Assembly (NCBI GenBank): GCA_051294375.1
Contig: CM119266.1
Coordinates: 8,084,606-8,148,605 of the forward strand
Direction of reading: 5' to 3'
Origin: Paraspadella gotoi
Taxonomy: Eukaryota > Animalia > Chaetognatha
Length of the DNA stretch: 64,000 nt
In this document: one piece after another, positions 1 through 12,712 of the stretch
Position numbering within the stretch: position 1 is the stretch's first letter
How the letters are laid out: each line of letters opens with the position of its first letter
The notes under the pieces: generated by a model
Seen by the model: the letters and a program-made list of their open reading frames with translations, nothing else
Told to the model about the DNA's origin: nothing
Database searches by the model: none
Translations under genes and position numbers: made by a program

Positions 1-726
1 TTTGCAGTTTGGGTTATTATTCTCCCGAATTGTAATGAGTTTTCTTCTTCAGTCTTGTAATTTGAAATTTTTTTGTAAGATTGTCTATTGTGGCTGAATA
101 AATGTTAACTGTAATATTTTTTCAATTATATATTTTTTTTGATATTTCAACTAAGATAAGTATTGTATTGAATCGACATTATGAGATATCCTGTGAAACT
201 TCTTCATTCCTCAACCGTCGCTTCAATTACATTTTAAATCTTGACAATTACGATGACGACGATAACGATGAAAGAGACGACGACCACGACGCCGATAGGT
301 TTGTGCGGATGACCGAGAGTAGCCTTTCGCCGACTTTCGAGGATACAGTGGTCGGCTGGGGGAGCGAAAGATGAAGAGATAGAGGGGGAGAGAGACAGTG
401 TGCGTTTGAGATAAATCTGACTTTCGCGTTGACCAACGCGACCCTAGGAAAAACATCGCTCCTCGAGGAGGAAGAAGAGGAGGAGGCGAAGGATGAGGAG
501 GAAAAAATAACTCGAGGCGAAATTGACTCGCGACCGAATTTCGAGTTTTTCTCTCTCGCGTTTGAAATGTATTGGCGCGGAAAAGAAAAGCGAAAACAAG
601 AGGCTCTTGTCAAAACAATCGGGAGATAGAGAGAGAGACAGTGAGACCGAGGGAGAGATGGATGGGCTGTAAGATCGCGACATAGACGATCGCACCCAAC
701 GTCCGTTTCGCGGGGGTGAAAGTGAA

Positions 727-813
<87 letters not shown>

Positions 814-814
814 C

Positions 815-849
<35 letters not shown>

Positions 850-1070
850 TCTCGCGTCGTCGTCCTCTTTTTCGTCGTCGCTCTCATCGTCGTCATTTCC
901 ATTGATTTTCGCGTTCGATGGTGAAAACTTTTTTTTTTCGCGCTGATAAAAAACGAAGATATTTTTTCCTTTTTTTCCTACCAAAAATAAAAATTTAAAA
1001 CGAACAGAAGAAGAAAATTAAATAAAAACTTAATAAAAAAGACAAGGAAAAACGCTTCTTATTAAAAACG

Positions 1071-4000
1071 ATGATTTCGTTTCTTTTCTCCGCGAAATCG
1101 CGACTTTTTTTTCTTCTTTACTTTTTCGTCATCGGAAAATCGAATTCGGACGTCGAAATCTCCAAGGACGTCAACGACGGAAGCGACAACATCAACGACA
1201 GAATCGCTGCAGAAGTACAGCGCGATTCCATATCAGGTAGGATAATGTGAGCTTTCAAATAAAATTTCCTTTGAGGAGCGCATTTCATAAAAAAAGCATC
1301 AAACCGAGTGGAAAGCCCATTGTACTAAAACGCTTTTTCGAAGAAAAAAAAAGATAAGCCTAAAAAAACTTCAAAATTAAATCATTAAAACATTTTTTTA
1401 TCTTGCAAGTAAATAAAAAAAAATAATCGAAACCAATAAAAATAGTCGCATTCCCTATTTTTCCATTCAACTCTCTCCTTACCCTGCTTCACCTCACCTT
1501 GATCTCATCCACCACCGGATTAGGCTCCCGTCTCGGCGACAGATTCGGCGTCGATTTCGACAACTACGACGCCGACGTCGTCGCCGCCGCGATCGACATC
1601 TATGGCGACGAATATGACGCGCCGACGCCTGGCGACAACGAAGACCGAGTCGTCGGCGCCGGGGCCGTCTCGAGCCGCACGGAAGACGCCGGCGCCGCCG
1701 AGGGAATTCCTCCCGGTCTCGGATCGGGGAGAAGCCGGGACAACGATGTTATCGAGGGAAAAAGAGGGGCGCCGCCGGCGTCGCCCGAGGAAGATGAGGA
1801 GGAAGAGGCGCGGCGCCTGAGGGAGCATTTCATGAAGATGCGATTGGCGCTGCAGCAGCGGGGAGAGTTGGAGCGACTGCGTCAACGGGCAGAGATAGAG
1901 CGTCAAAAGCGAATTCGGGGGTCTTCGCAGGCGGCGCCGCCCAGAAAGCGGTCAGGCGGCGCCGGTGGTGGCGGAAACCAAAATCGTCGCTTTCCTAAAT
2001 TCGGCGGAGGCGATTTTCAAACGAAACTGCAGCGGCTGCAGCAATTGCGGCGAAATTGGAGAATGCGGCAAAAGGCAATGAAGGAAAGAAGACTGGAGAA
2101 TCAGACAGAGAAAGGAAGCGAGGAACCGGGCGTTGAAGGAGAGTCGCGACCGAGGCATCCACAATATCCCGAACATCAGGAGCATAAAAATATATATCGT
2201 CCGCAACATCCTCAACCTTTTCCTCAATCACGACATCCCGAACAACATCATCCAGACATTCCGCAGCATCCTCACAAACCTCATCTTCAACATCATCATC
2301 TACCGGACGTTCCCGCAAGGCAATCTGGAGATTTTCGGCATCCGGAAGTGCTCAGTCTCTTAGCAACGGAGACGCCAGAATCGCATCGATTCGATCATCG
2401 GACGAAAGCGCCAACTACGACGACCACAGGTATTTTTTTTTCTTCTCCTTTTCACACAAGAGAAGAGATGCCATCAGTTATTTAGGGATTGGCAGTAGGA
2501 TCAGCGAGATCTTACGAGTCTCGTCTATGACTCGCGATAAGATCTAAGAGTGCCCAACTTTTTTGACAATTTTTTTTTGGTTTTATCCTAAAACGTACAA
2601 AAGCCTCAATCTGGCTCAAAAATGATTCAGCAACTCGCGTTAGGTCACGTTTTTCATAATTGCACTCTTAAAATATTTAATTACTTTATCCTTGCTCACA
2701 ACAAATCCCTCACTAACCCGAACTAACGTCCTTTCGTGTTCAGAACTAATCCGCGAATCCACCACCACCACCGCCGCGCCGAAGCGAGACCAGCGCCCCA
2801 CGGAAATCCCAACCTCCAACTCGAACGATAAATGGAAAAAAATGCATCTGATGTCGCCAGATGACGACGTAAGTCGCGACGATAATCTTTTGATTGAGCA
2901 AAGAAATGATTGAAGTCGACGCACTTCGTTCGCGTCAGCGTCGATGACCTAATTTTTCTACTACTTCACACTTTTTTTAATTGAAAGGAATGGAGTTATA
3001 TAGGAGATAGGAGATATAGAGTGTGCTTACTAAGAAAGGTCTAGGGACGCATAAAAGCTTCGCGGTGAACTCGAGTATCTTTCCTTAATCCCTCGACTTC
3101 TCTTGACGCCGTCAGGTTATCCAAAGGGAGTTCCGCCCGCGCCTCCCCGCCACCGACGCCTCCGGAACGCCCCACCTCCCAAAGGGATACATGAACGCGC
3201 AGAAGGAGAGTTGGAGGCGGGAGGGAACTATGAGGAGACCGGAAGAGGCGAGGCGGAGGCCGGAAAAAGTAGTGAAGAGGCCGGAAGAAGCCGCCGGAAG
3301 GGCGGAGAGTTGGCCGTCATCGACGCTGGACGCGAAGGGAGGAGCGACGAATGGCGGACGAAGACATAACGACCGACTTTATTTCTCTCAGGGCGGAGAG
3401 GGAGGCGAAGGAGGCAGCGGGGACGCATTTGGGGGCGTTGAGGACAGAGATAGAGACGAGGACGGAGATGAGCCGACGATTAAACCGAGATTGGTCGTGA
3501 TCAAAAACGAGGAGGAGATCGTAAGACCGACAGCGACGCCGACGGCCGCATTAAACAAAAATCTTGAACGAAGATTCGAAGAAGAGTATCAACTTGGAAA
3601 AGGTTTTAATCAACCAATTTATGATCATCACCCGTTTTCAAAAGCACAGCATTTGACTAATTTATTTACATTTTAAAATGACCTATTTTTCATTTGTGAC
3701 TTCTTGTAGCCTTGAACGCGAGCCACGCCCCCCGAGTTTGCGCCCCGGCGGCGCCTGATTTCTCTGTCGTCCTCGAGTCCATAAACGAGAAACTCGAGGT
3801 CCTCACGAGGAGGATGAGCATCATGATGGAGGCACCGTCGAGGGACGAAGGTGGAGCAGGGGAAGGCGAGAGCGCCGTCGCCGCCGTCAAGGGAGACATC
3901 GATCTTATTGTCAACAAACTTGCGGGACAATTTGACGCCAAAGAGAAAGAGACACAGGTTACTTTGGGTATAGGGTTGTGGAAGTCTGAGATAGTTGTTG

Positions 4001-5310
4001 TTGTTGTCGCCGCAAGGTGTGGGTTTCTGATCTGAATTTTTGTCAATGAAAAATATTTTTCCAAAATTAAAGTTCGAGGATCGGGATTGTTAATGGGGAT
4101 TTACTAGAAGATGGGTAATATCATTCTGAAATAACTGAGTGTGATTGATGAATAAAATGAATAGTCAAACTCCTTTCCCTCGCTTCAGAACGCCATCGCC
4201 TCTGCCATTAACGACGCGATGGTCAACTACGAAAAAAACATCCAAACGGTGAAGACGGACTTGGAAGGACTAGACACGAAGGCCAACGTCCAGATGATTC
4301 AGACCAAGTCCGTCGCCGAGCAATTCGCTGACATGGAAAGGAAGATGCGCGTTCAGGGCCTCAACCTCATGTCGCTCGCCAAGGAGTTCAAAACGCTCGA
4401 CAACCGGATAGGCGTGCAGAGCAAAGTTAGACGAGTCTGAATGTTTCCGATCAAATAACGGAGCTGGCTATATATTCATTTAATTGTATCCTTTACTCTT
4501 CAGGTTTTGACCCGTCTGCGAGGGACTCTCGCGTTTCACACCCAAAGAATAAGCGACATGTTTCGCAAAGGGCAGAAGCTCTTCAACGAGACCGGAGTCT
4601 TCGTCGTTCCCGACGGCTTCACCAGGTTCTCGAGTGGATCGACTCGGGATTCTCTCGATCGGTGAAACCATTTTTTTTCTTGCTGAATTTTAAGTCTTTG
4701 CCTCCGCAGGCTGGACGTCCTCTGTATAGGCGGCGGCGGCGGCGGACGCAGCGCCGTCGAGGACGGAGGGGACGGGGGAAACTCCGCGTTCGGGAAATAC
4801 CTTTTCGCCGGAGGGGGAAAGGGCGGCAGGGCTTTTGGTGAGACGAGAGAAACAGAAAAAGAAAAGAAAAAAAAACATAAAAAAGTAAAGAACCGAAATG
4901 AAAACAAAAAAAATTAACTAAAAAGTTTCCCTGTTTGCTACCCTCAGGACGAGATTCCGGAGGGTGGGGCGGAAAAGGGACGGTGGCAGACGGAGGAAGA
5001 GGCGGGCGGGGAAGAGGATGTTCGGGTAAGTCAATTCTCTACATACCACCACTTCGTATCCTCCTTCCCTGAAAACATGGTTAAGGTTTGACAAAAGTGG
5101 AAGGCGGACAAATTCCTCCTCTAAGGCGAGGAGGGATGAGGTCTTCGTCCCCTTTGGCTTTTTGGGTCAATCGCGAATCAAAGGCTGGGGGGGCGGCAAG
5201 GGGGGGCGTGTGGCGATTTCAAAGAAAACAATCGAATCGACGAGGGAATCCTTTTCGGAAGAGAGATTCACAATTCCCCGCATATTTATAGAACAATTTT
5301 GTTTCCAAAT

Positions 5311-5350
<40 letters not shown>

Positions 5351-6287
5351 GAAAGTTTGTTGTGATTGAAGGATCGGTTGACCCACTTTGCGGTTCATCA
5401 GTGGAAGAGAGAAGAAAAATGGTCTTTTTGTTTTTGTTGTTTCACGAGGCCTTTTGTTTCTTATTCGCCATCTGTCGTTAATGAGGCTTTCACGAACCGC
5501 GAATCTTTTCAAACGCGACGACCGATTGCGATCGATTCTACGCTCCCTTCTTTGGGCCTCTCACCCCCCCCCCCGTGTTGAGCCTTCACGCATCGTTCCA
5601 CTGGGATTAGCTCGCCCTCATAATTATAACGCTGCTGTGCTTTGTAACTTGGGCCAAAAGGTTAATCCCTTCATGGTCATTGAATCATTGATCAATTTTT
5701 AACTAATAAGATCGACATTCTTTGATCATTATGTCGGAGAAAAAATCACAAAATCACCTACAACAATTAATCAAAATTACTACTTATCCTAATCTTAATT
5801 TCGTGACCGTATTTTTCATTTTAAGTCTTTGATATGTATTCACGTCATATCTCTTTCTTTTTTAAGTTTGACGATTCTCCTTTCCCTCTGTGACCTTCCC
5901 CCAGGCGGCGGCGGCGCGGCGGGGCAGACGAGCGGCGGGGAATCGGCTTTGACAGCGCCGGGATCTTCGCAGTTTCCCTTCTGCGGCGGCGGTGGCTGCC
6001 GCGGCTGCAATAACTGCGAAGAGGCGGGGCGGTCTGGGCCGGGCGGCCGACCGCCTATCAAACGATCAGGAGGGCTCTACGGCGGTGGGGGCGGGTCTTG
6101 CTGCGGCTACAGGGCCGGCGGCGGCGGTGGCTACTCGCGCCTCGCTCTAGAGCTCCCTGCGAGGGAGAGAGTAAGCGTGAGTGTGGGGCGAGCGGGACGT
6201 CCGCACGACCCCAACGGGGCGTCGGCCCCGGGGGTGTGTATAGTGGCTTGGGGTCAGTCCATAGACCCTCACGGGATTTTCACGTGA
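1071..6287 (+). CDS. Secreted protein, about 959 aa, 10 exons: signal peptide, low-complexity stalk, coiled coil, C-terminal glycine-rich domain
   Basis: Exons 1071-1236, 1524-2429, 2744-2868, 3116-3602, 3710-3957, 4189-4425, 4504-4625, 4710-4837, 4948-5025 and 5905-6287 total 2880 nt. All introns are GT-AG with compatible phases, giving one open frame from ATG to TGA. N-terminus MISFLFSAKSRLFFLLYFFVIGKSNS-DV is signal-peptide-like. C-terminus reads KLFNETGVFVVPDGFTRLDVLCIGGGGGG...GGDGGNSAFGKYLFAGGGKGG...GGGGGYS...VSVSVGRAG...GVCIVAW. The donors at 3603 and 4626 were chosen by frame and motif fit. Confidence 0.85.
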
Positions 6288-8637
6288 ATAGAGACGGATT
6301 TAAATTTGATTATTTTAAATATTTTTATTACTTAAGTTTTTTAATTCAAATTCTCTCGAAAATGCTGTCGTGTATTCATTTTTTTCAATATCATTATCCC
6401 TTCTTCACCCCCTTCCCAATACTCTTACCCTTATCCTCAATTTTGCACCCGATGTCATTTTTAATTTCGTGTCTTTACAAAATGATTTAATGTTTTACTA
6501 TGTTCAATGAAGGAGACGAAAAAGAAACTCATCCTCATGCTAATTATAGAAACTCTCCCATAATTAACGTCAAAAATTTACTTTTTCGAGAAATAATATT
6601 TATTGCTTTATGCAATCATTTTTCTAGTCCTCTACTTCCTACCCGTTTGCCTTCCTCTCCTCCAGACTCTTCCTCTTCCTAATGAAAAGGCGTGATGAAT
6701 TGATGATGACTTCCGGTTTCGTCTCTTTCTCATTCTCCAATTGCTTGTCGATCCCCAAATCCCCGTTTCCCCATTTCCCCGTTTCCCCGTTTTCCCGAAT
6801 CCACTCATTCCCAAAAACCCTTCATTTTCTGTACTCGAGTAAAAAAAAACATTTGTTTCCCACGTCGTCTCTTTTTTTTTTCTTTTTCTTCGTCATCTTT
6901 TTCTCTCAGAAAAAAAAGGGAAAAAAAGGAAAAAAATTAACCGTAAAACGCGAAGACTCAAGGAGAAAAAGCTCTTTTTTTTCTTTAAAGATGAATTCCG
7001 AACATTTTTTAACCTAATTGTAAATTAGCCGCAGACTTTTTTTTCTCCGCTCACCCAATCCAATTGTGGTTCTTCCTCGAGACGGAAGGTGATGGAGGAG
7101 GGGAAAGAGGAGGGAGAGGAGGGGAAGATGCGAAAGCAAGATCATGATTGTTTTCAGCGCATTTTTCTCGAACGCGATTTTTTCTTTCATTCTTTTTGTT
7201 TTTATTCAATTTTAACTCTTCTTTGGAGGGGAAATCGATTCGAATTTTCGGTCCTTAACCTTCATTAATCGAGTCAAGGGAGATAAAGATGTGGAAAGGA
7301 GTTAGAGAGAAAGAGTGGGAACGGAACGACCACCAAGTTAGAATTTGAAAAGGAAGAACAAAGTGAGACAGAGAGAGAGACACGTTTGCAGGAGACTTCT
7401 CGAATATCTTGGGACGAAGAAATCATCAAAAAAGTGAAAAATTCGCCTCGAGTTTTGATTTTCGTCTCGCGAGTCTCGATTTCGACGCCGATCGGTTCTT
7501 CCCAGAAAATTGAGAACATCACTTCACTCTGCGTCTTTTTTTTCAAACACGCGACAGCATCCCACGTGGCTTGTTTTTATCTGTCTTCTCTCATCTGTTT
7601 TTATCTTTACATCCAACGTCTCTTCTGCTATATGCTTTGATTTTTACAAACCCTATCCTATTTTTCCTCTCTATTTTCTTCTATTTGTAATTTTGTTTTC
7701 ATATATCCCATTTCCCTTTTGTTTCTACTTCAATTTTCGTCCAACTTTCATCTCCTCCTCCGATCTTCTCTCTCACCCCTCCTGCTGAGAAAGAGAGTAA
7801 GAGATTTGTTTTGAATTAAAAACGAATTTCCGCGTAGTAACTTTTTTTCCCTTTTTTTTTCTCCCGATTTTCTCCTTCTCTTTTTCTTTATTCCGCGCAG
7901 GTTTGCAGGTTCGACCCCCGCGAATTCGAAAACCTCGAAAACTCGAACCTCGTTTTCATTTTTAAAAAAATCTTCCCACCCCCATTTCGATCTCCCCCCC
8001 CCCTAGTTTCCTCATTCATTGTTTTTCCCTTTTCGAGGTAAAAAAGCCAAATTTCTCCCCCACTCCTTGGAGTTTTTTTCCCCCGCCACCGAAAAACAGA
8101 TTAAAGAATAAGTTAGCACCTGTCCGCCTTTATGTTCGCCGCGGGCCCTCGGGGCGAGGAGGGGCGATAGAGAGACGAGTGCCGCTTGGGCGGCGAGGAC
8201 GGCCGCGAAGGCGGCAGCCAAGAGTCGAGGGCCAGATCCTCTCTTGGAAATTAGGAGAGACCAGTATTTTTTTTTATTTGAAGTTTTTTTTTAGCGGGAG
8301 CTAAATTTTTTTATGTGTTTTTTCTATTTAAAAAAAAAAGACCTTCTTTTGCGGCGCGAATCGTTTAAGTTTCTGGTTCGACGCAGAACACAAACACTTG
8401 GACGACGGAAGAAAAAGAAGGGAAAAAAAAACACAAAAAGCCAAAAGGTTATATTGTTTTTAGGAAAAATAAAAAAACAAAAGAAATTCGCGTGGGCTTA
8501 ATACATATATCTTTTTTTTTCCTTCTTTCATCCTGCCGCCTGGATAAAGGATTTTTCTCTCCCACAACTTAATTTTGGTTGCCATTTCCGTCCGTTCCTT
8601 CCGTTCCCCTTTCATAACCCCTTTTCCACATCCCTAC

Positions 8638-11237
8638 CTTATCGACTCTGAAGAGGATTTCCCTGGTGGAGAACTGCAGAAGCGGCGCGATGAACTCCGC
8701 GCTGACCTCTACAGTCATGATCTTTTGTTTTTGTCCGCTGGCGCCGACGATCGAGTAGCAGCCGAGTTGTTCTCTGAGATTGAGGGAGAAAGAAATCACT
8801 TTTTTGCCTGGGATTCCCTTACCCGATCCGACCTCTCACCACCCTCACCTGACGATCTGCGGCGTGTCGACGATCCCCTCCAGATGAAGGAGTTTGGATT
8901 CACCGGGAGACAATTCAATCTTGACGGGATTCAGGTGAAACACTGGGGCTTGACCTTTCGCCTGGGAAGAGGGGGCGACGTTAGTCAAAACAAGAGCTTC
9001 ATCTACGATATGGAAAAAGAAGGAGGTAGGGCTAGTGAAAATAAAGGCTTCACCGCTATGGAAAAAGTTTATCTCAATAAATGAATGAATTAAGAAATAC
9101 ATCCAATGCAATAGAGAGGCTTGTCATTTGCCTCGATAAAATATACACATGGCATATGTCACTGGTCAGAACACGAGGCTGCGAGGCGATTAACCTGAAA
9201 TACTCAACGGGCCAATCAGCAAGCCGAGTAGCGGAAGAAATGGAGTCGGATAAAAATCCTACGGCTGCTTCGTCTTTGGTTACAAGGTATTAGGGTTTTT
9301 AAGGGTTAATAACAAACTTAAAATAAAGCGTCTTTCTCCGATTGCGTCTTTTCCCCTGGGCCGATTTTTTTCCCTTTCGGCCAAAAAAAAAAACGATGTT
9401 TAAGAAAAAAAATCGACATTCCTATTTTTAGAGAAAGATTTCGAAAATAAAAGAAGAAAGACTTAAGGGGACCCAGTGATAAAAATGATATCATAAGCTT
9501 AAGGGTCTATCATCAAAGGAATTTGAATGGTGATAGTCATTAATTTTTCTTTGCACGGGAAACTGGCAAAAAAATTCCTATCTCTTATTGTAGCGGAAAC
9601 AAAAATTTAATAATTATGAAAAAAAAATTAGTTGACCCTACCTAAATATTTATATAATCCATTATTTTATTTTTGCATTAGAAAGTATTTTTTACTAAAT
9701 TCCAATTTTTTATTTTTTACTGTACAAAGCTATAATTTTAGGTTTAAGCCTCATTGAACAAAGGCTTTACAAGATTAATATTTTTATATTTTTATATTTA
9801 CTTAAAAGCAGACAAATCAAACCTAAATTCTATTCTTACAGAAACAAAACTGTAATAATTATTAATTAATATTCATATTCATCCCTTAAATGTATAATTA
9901 AACTATATTGATTCCTAATTATAACAAATAAAAATTTAGCAGAAGTACAGAATCTTTCTCTTGTTTTTATATTTATATTACTTCAAAGAGTTTTATTTTC
10001 ATCCAATTAACAGAATCATTTGAAAAGAAAGTTTAAATAAAATCAGTCGATACCTTAAATTTTTATTCATTCCTAGTTTTTTTTCTTATAAATTTTTGTG
10101 ATAAAAGCTGAAAATCTTTTTAAAATTAGATCTTACCCTTTTTTGGAAAAAAAAATTTTAAACTTGAAAAAGATTTTCTTCTTACCGATTTTTTAAAGAA
10201 AATTAAGCTCGCTGATTTTATCAAATTTTTTAACTACTTTCCCAAATGATTATAGAAGAAAAAATTATATGACAAGAACCAGCTTAAGTTAAAGGGTCAA
10301 ACGTTATGTTTTCAGCTTTTTACCCCCCCTGTTCACTTGGTCCCCTTAAAGGCGAATAATGGGAAAAAAGAAGAGAATCGCGAGAAGATACGTATATATA
10401 TAAAAGAAATAGAAGGCAATCTCTCTCTCTCTCTCTCTTTCCTTCCTTCCACACTTCATCCTCTCCGCCTCCTTTCCTCAAGTGATTACCACCAGTTTCT
10501 TTTCAGGTGATTAATCGGTGATAAACCGTCTTTCACATTTTTTTATGGCTCGTTTAGGCGTTATTTATTTGATCCACTTCTTTCTGTTTCAAGCAAAACA
10601 TGCCTAGCTTTTCCCGTCTATCAACTATGAAGCTAATTTTTACTACACCCTCATTCCTCATCCTTTGTCAATTTAAGCGACTTGTTAAGGACATAAAAAC
10701 CCTTCCTTTCCTCTCATGTCAAAGAACAACAGTTCTCGACCATAGTTATGGTCTTGGTAAGTCGCCCCTAAATATACAACATAAATTAAGTACATATATA
10801 TACATGTATACACGCACTCGCTTTGATATTTAAGCGCTTATCATGGCCTTTTGCAGATGGCATACACTTTAAACTTTTCTCCACCCACTCTAAAAATAAT
10901 CAAAAAGCCAAAAATTTAGGAAATTTATCAAATAAAAAAATGAACATCCAAAATAAATAAAATACAAATACAATTCTCAAGGGTGAAAACCGCACGGGGG
11001 GAGGGAAATAAAAAGTTTTAAATTGTAAACATTTTGAAAATAACTATCTTAAATTATTTTTCTCTCACTCTTTCTTTCGTTTCCTTCATCTCCTCACCGA
11101 TTTATTCTTGGCGATCTTGTTGGAGGCGAGCTGCGGGAGGCGACCAGGAGTCTCAGAGCTCCAGTAGAGTTGCTGGAAGCGGCGACCTCTATTCGTCAGG
11201 TGGAATATCTGTCGAGGGAAAAGGAAAGAGAGAGAGG

Positions 11238-11271
<34 letters not shown>

Positions 11272-11855
11272 GAAAAATATATCAAAATCCCGGGCGACAT
11301 TCCTCTCGTCAGAGTTAATGATTTAAAAATATAAAATGTATAAATATCTTGTAATCCTTTTATTTTCTCACGTGATTCGACTTCGGTTATAAAAACAGTC
11401 TTCACGGATCTCGGGTCCCGAATTTAGATCCGAGGTGACAACTCGGTGTGAAAAGTGTGAAGGGTCGTAATGGAAGGAAAACAAGGAAACTCACGATCCA
11501 TCTCTCTCTTTCTCTCACTCTCCTTCTTTTCCTTTGTCGCAAGTTCCCTCTCTCTCTCTCCCTCTCACTCTCGGCGAGTCTCTCACTCTCGGCGAGTCTC
11601 GCAAACCTTTTGGCAAAGCGCCTTGCTGAAATGCGGTCCAAGGTTGAGATTGTGCAAGAGCGGAGGGTCGGCGACGATGGTTGTGCCGAATCCCGTGGCG
11701 GAGACGGGGATTTGGCGGAAGGAAGAGTTTTCGATCGTCAAGTGGACGACGTCATCGAATCTAAAAAACGGCAGTAAATTCGTTCATTCACTCTCTCTTT
11801 TTTTAATTCCTTTAATATTTATTTATTTATCTATTTATTCATTTATCTCTCTTTC

Positions 11856-11914
<59 letters not shown>

Positions 11915-12662
11915 CACTTGACAGTATCGTCCAAAAAGGCGGTAACGGTGATATTAAGTTCACCAAATGGCGGGACAACGCCCTCGGCGGGGGCGACCTT
12001 GTAGACAGAGTTGGGGCGAAGCAACTTGGCAAAGAATTTGGCGTCGATGAGAGACTCGTTGCGGAAGCTGAGGGTCTGGAGGAGAAAGCAGAGGTTGTTG
12101 TTGTTGTCTTGAGTTCTCATATCTCACTAGACAGAAACTCCGGTAATACGACCCCCTACCAAACCCCTGGCCCATCTCCCCTCGCAACCCCCTCCTCCCC
12201 AAACCTGCGGGACGTCCTTTAACACTTCCGTCTTGTCCCAGTTGAGCTTGAGCGGTTTGATCTTGACGACGGGGCCTTCGCCGATCCCACCCAGCGTCAC
12301 CACGAGCGCCGGCCGTCGCGAGCCGAGGATGTTGAAGTGGGCGGCGACGGTGAACTCGCCGAGACGGAGGAGGCGGACGCGGACGGGAATCTCCACTTTG
12401 GAGCCCGAAGGGATCACGCCCTTTTGGGTGGGGATTATTATGCAATATATTATCTTTGTAATAATAGTCGTGTAATAATCGAATTCAATCCTCACTCTAG
12501 CATCGGCGGTCGTGTAGACGAGGTTGTTTCTCTCCTCGTCCTCTGGTTGCGGCAAAAGTTCGTAGACGGCGGGGAGATCGGACTCGTTCTCGAGTTTGAC
12601 GGGGACTTCGTAGGCGTAGCCGATGAAGCATCGACCCAGGTGGACCACGGAGTGCGGACTGT

Positions 12663-12712
<50 letters not shown>

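Noticed and set aside
444-984. ORFs of ERERER / LSLSLS type here and throughout the window
   Set aside because: They are translations of (GA)n microsatellites.
8575-9084. 169-aa + strand ORF with an HWGL motif that suggested an NlpC/P60-LRAT-like enzyme
   Set aside because: It is the antisense shadow of HYDIN exons 20-21, whose minus-strand translation matches Hydin. No catalytic NC motif follows.
10337-10347. TTGGTCCCCTT matching the 5' part of miR-133
   Set aside because: The match stops after 11 nt and is the right TIR of the TTAA MITE.
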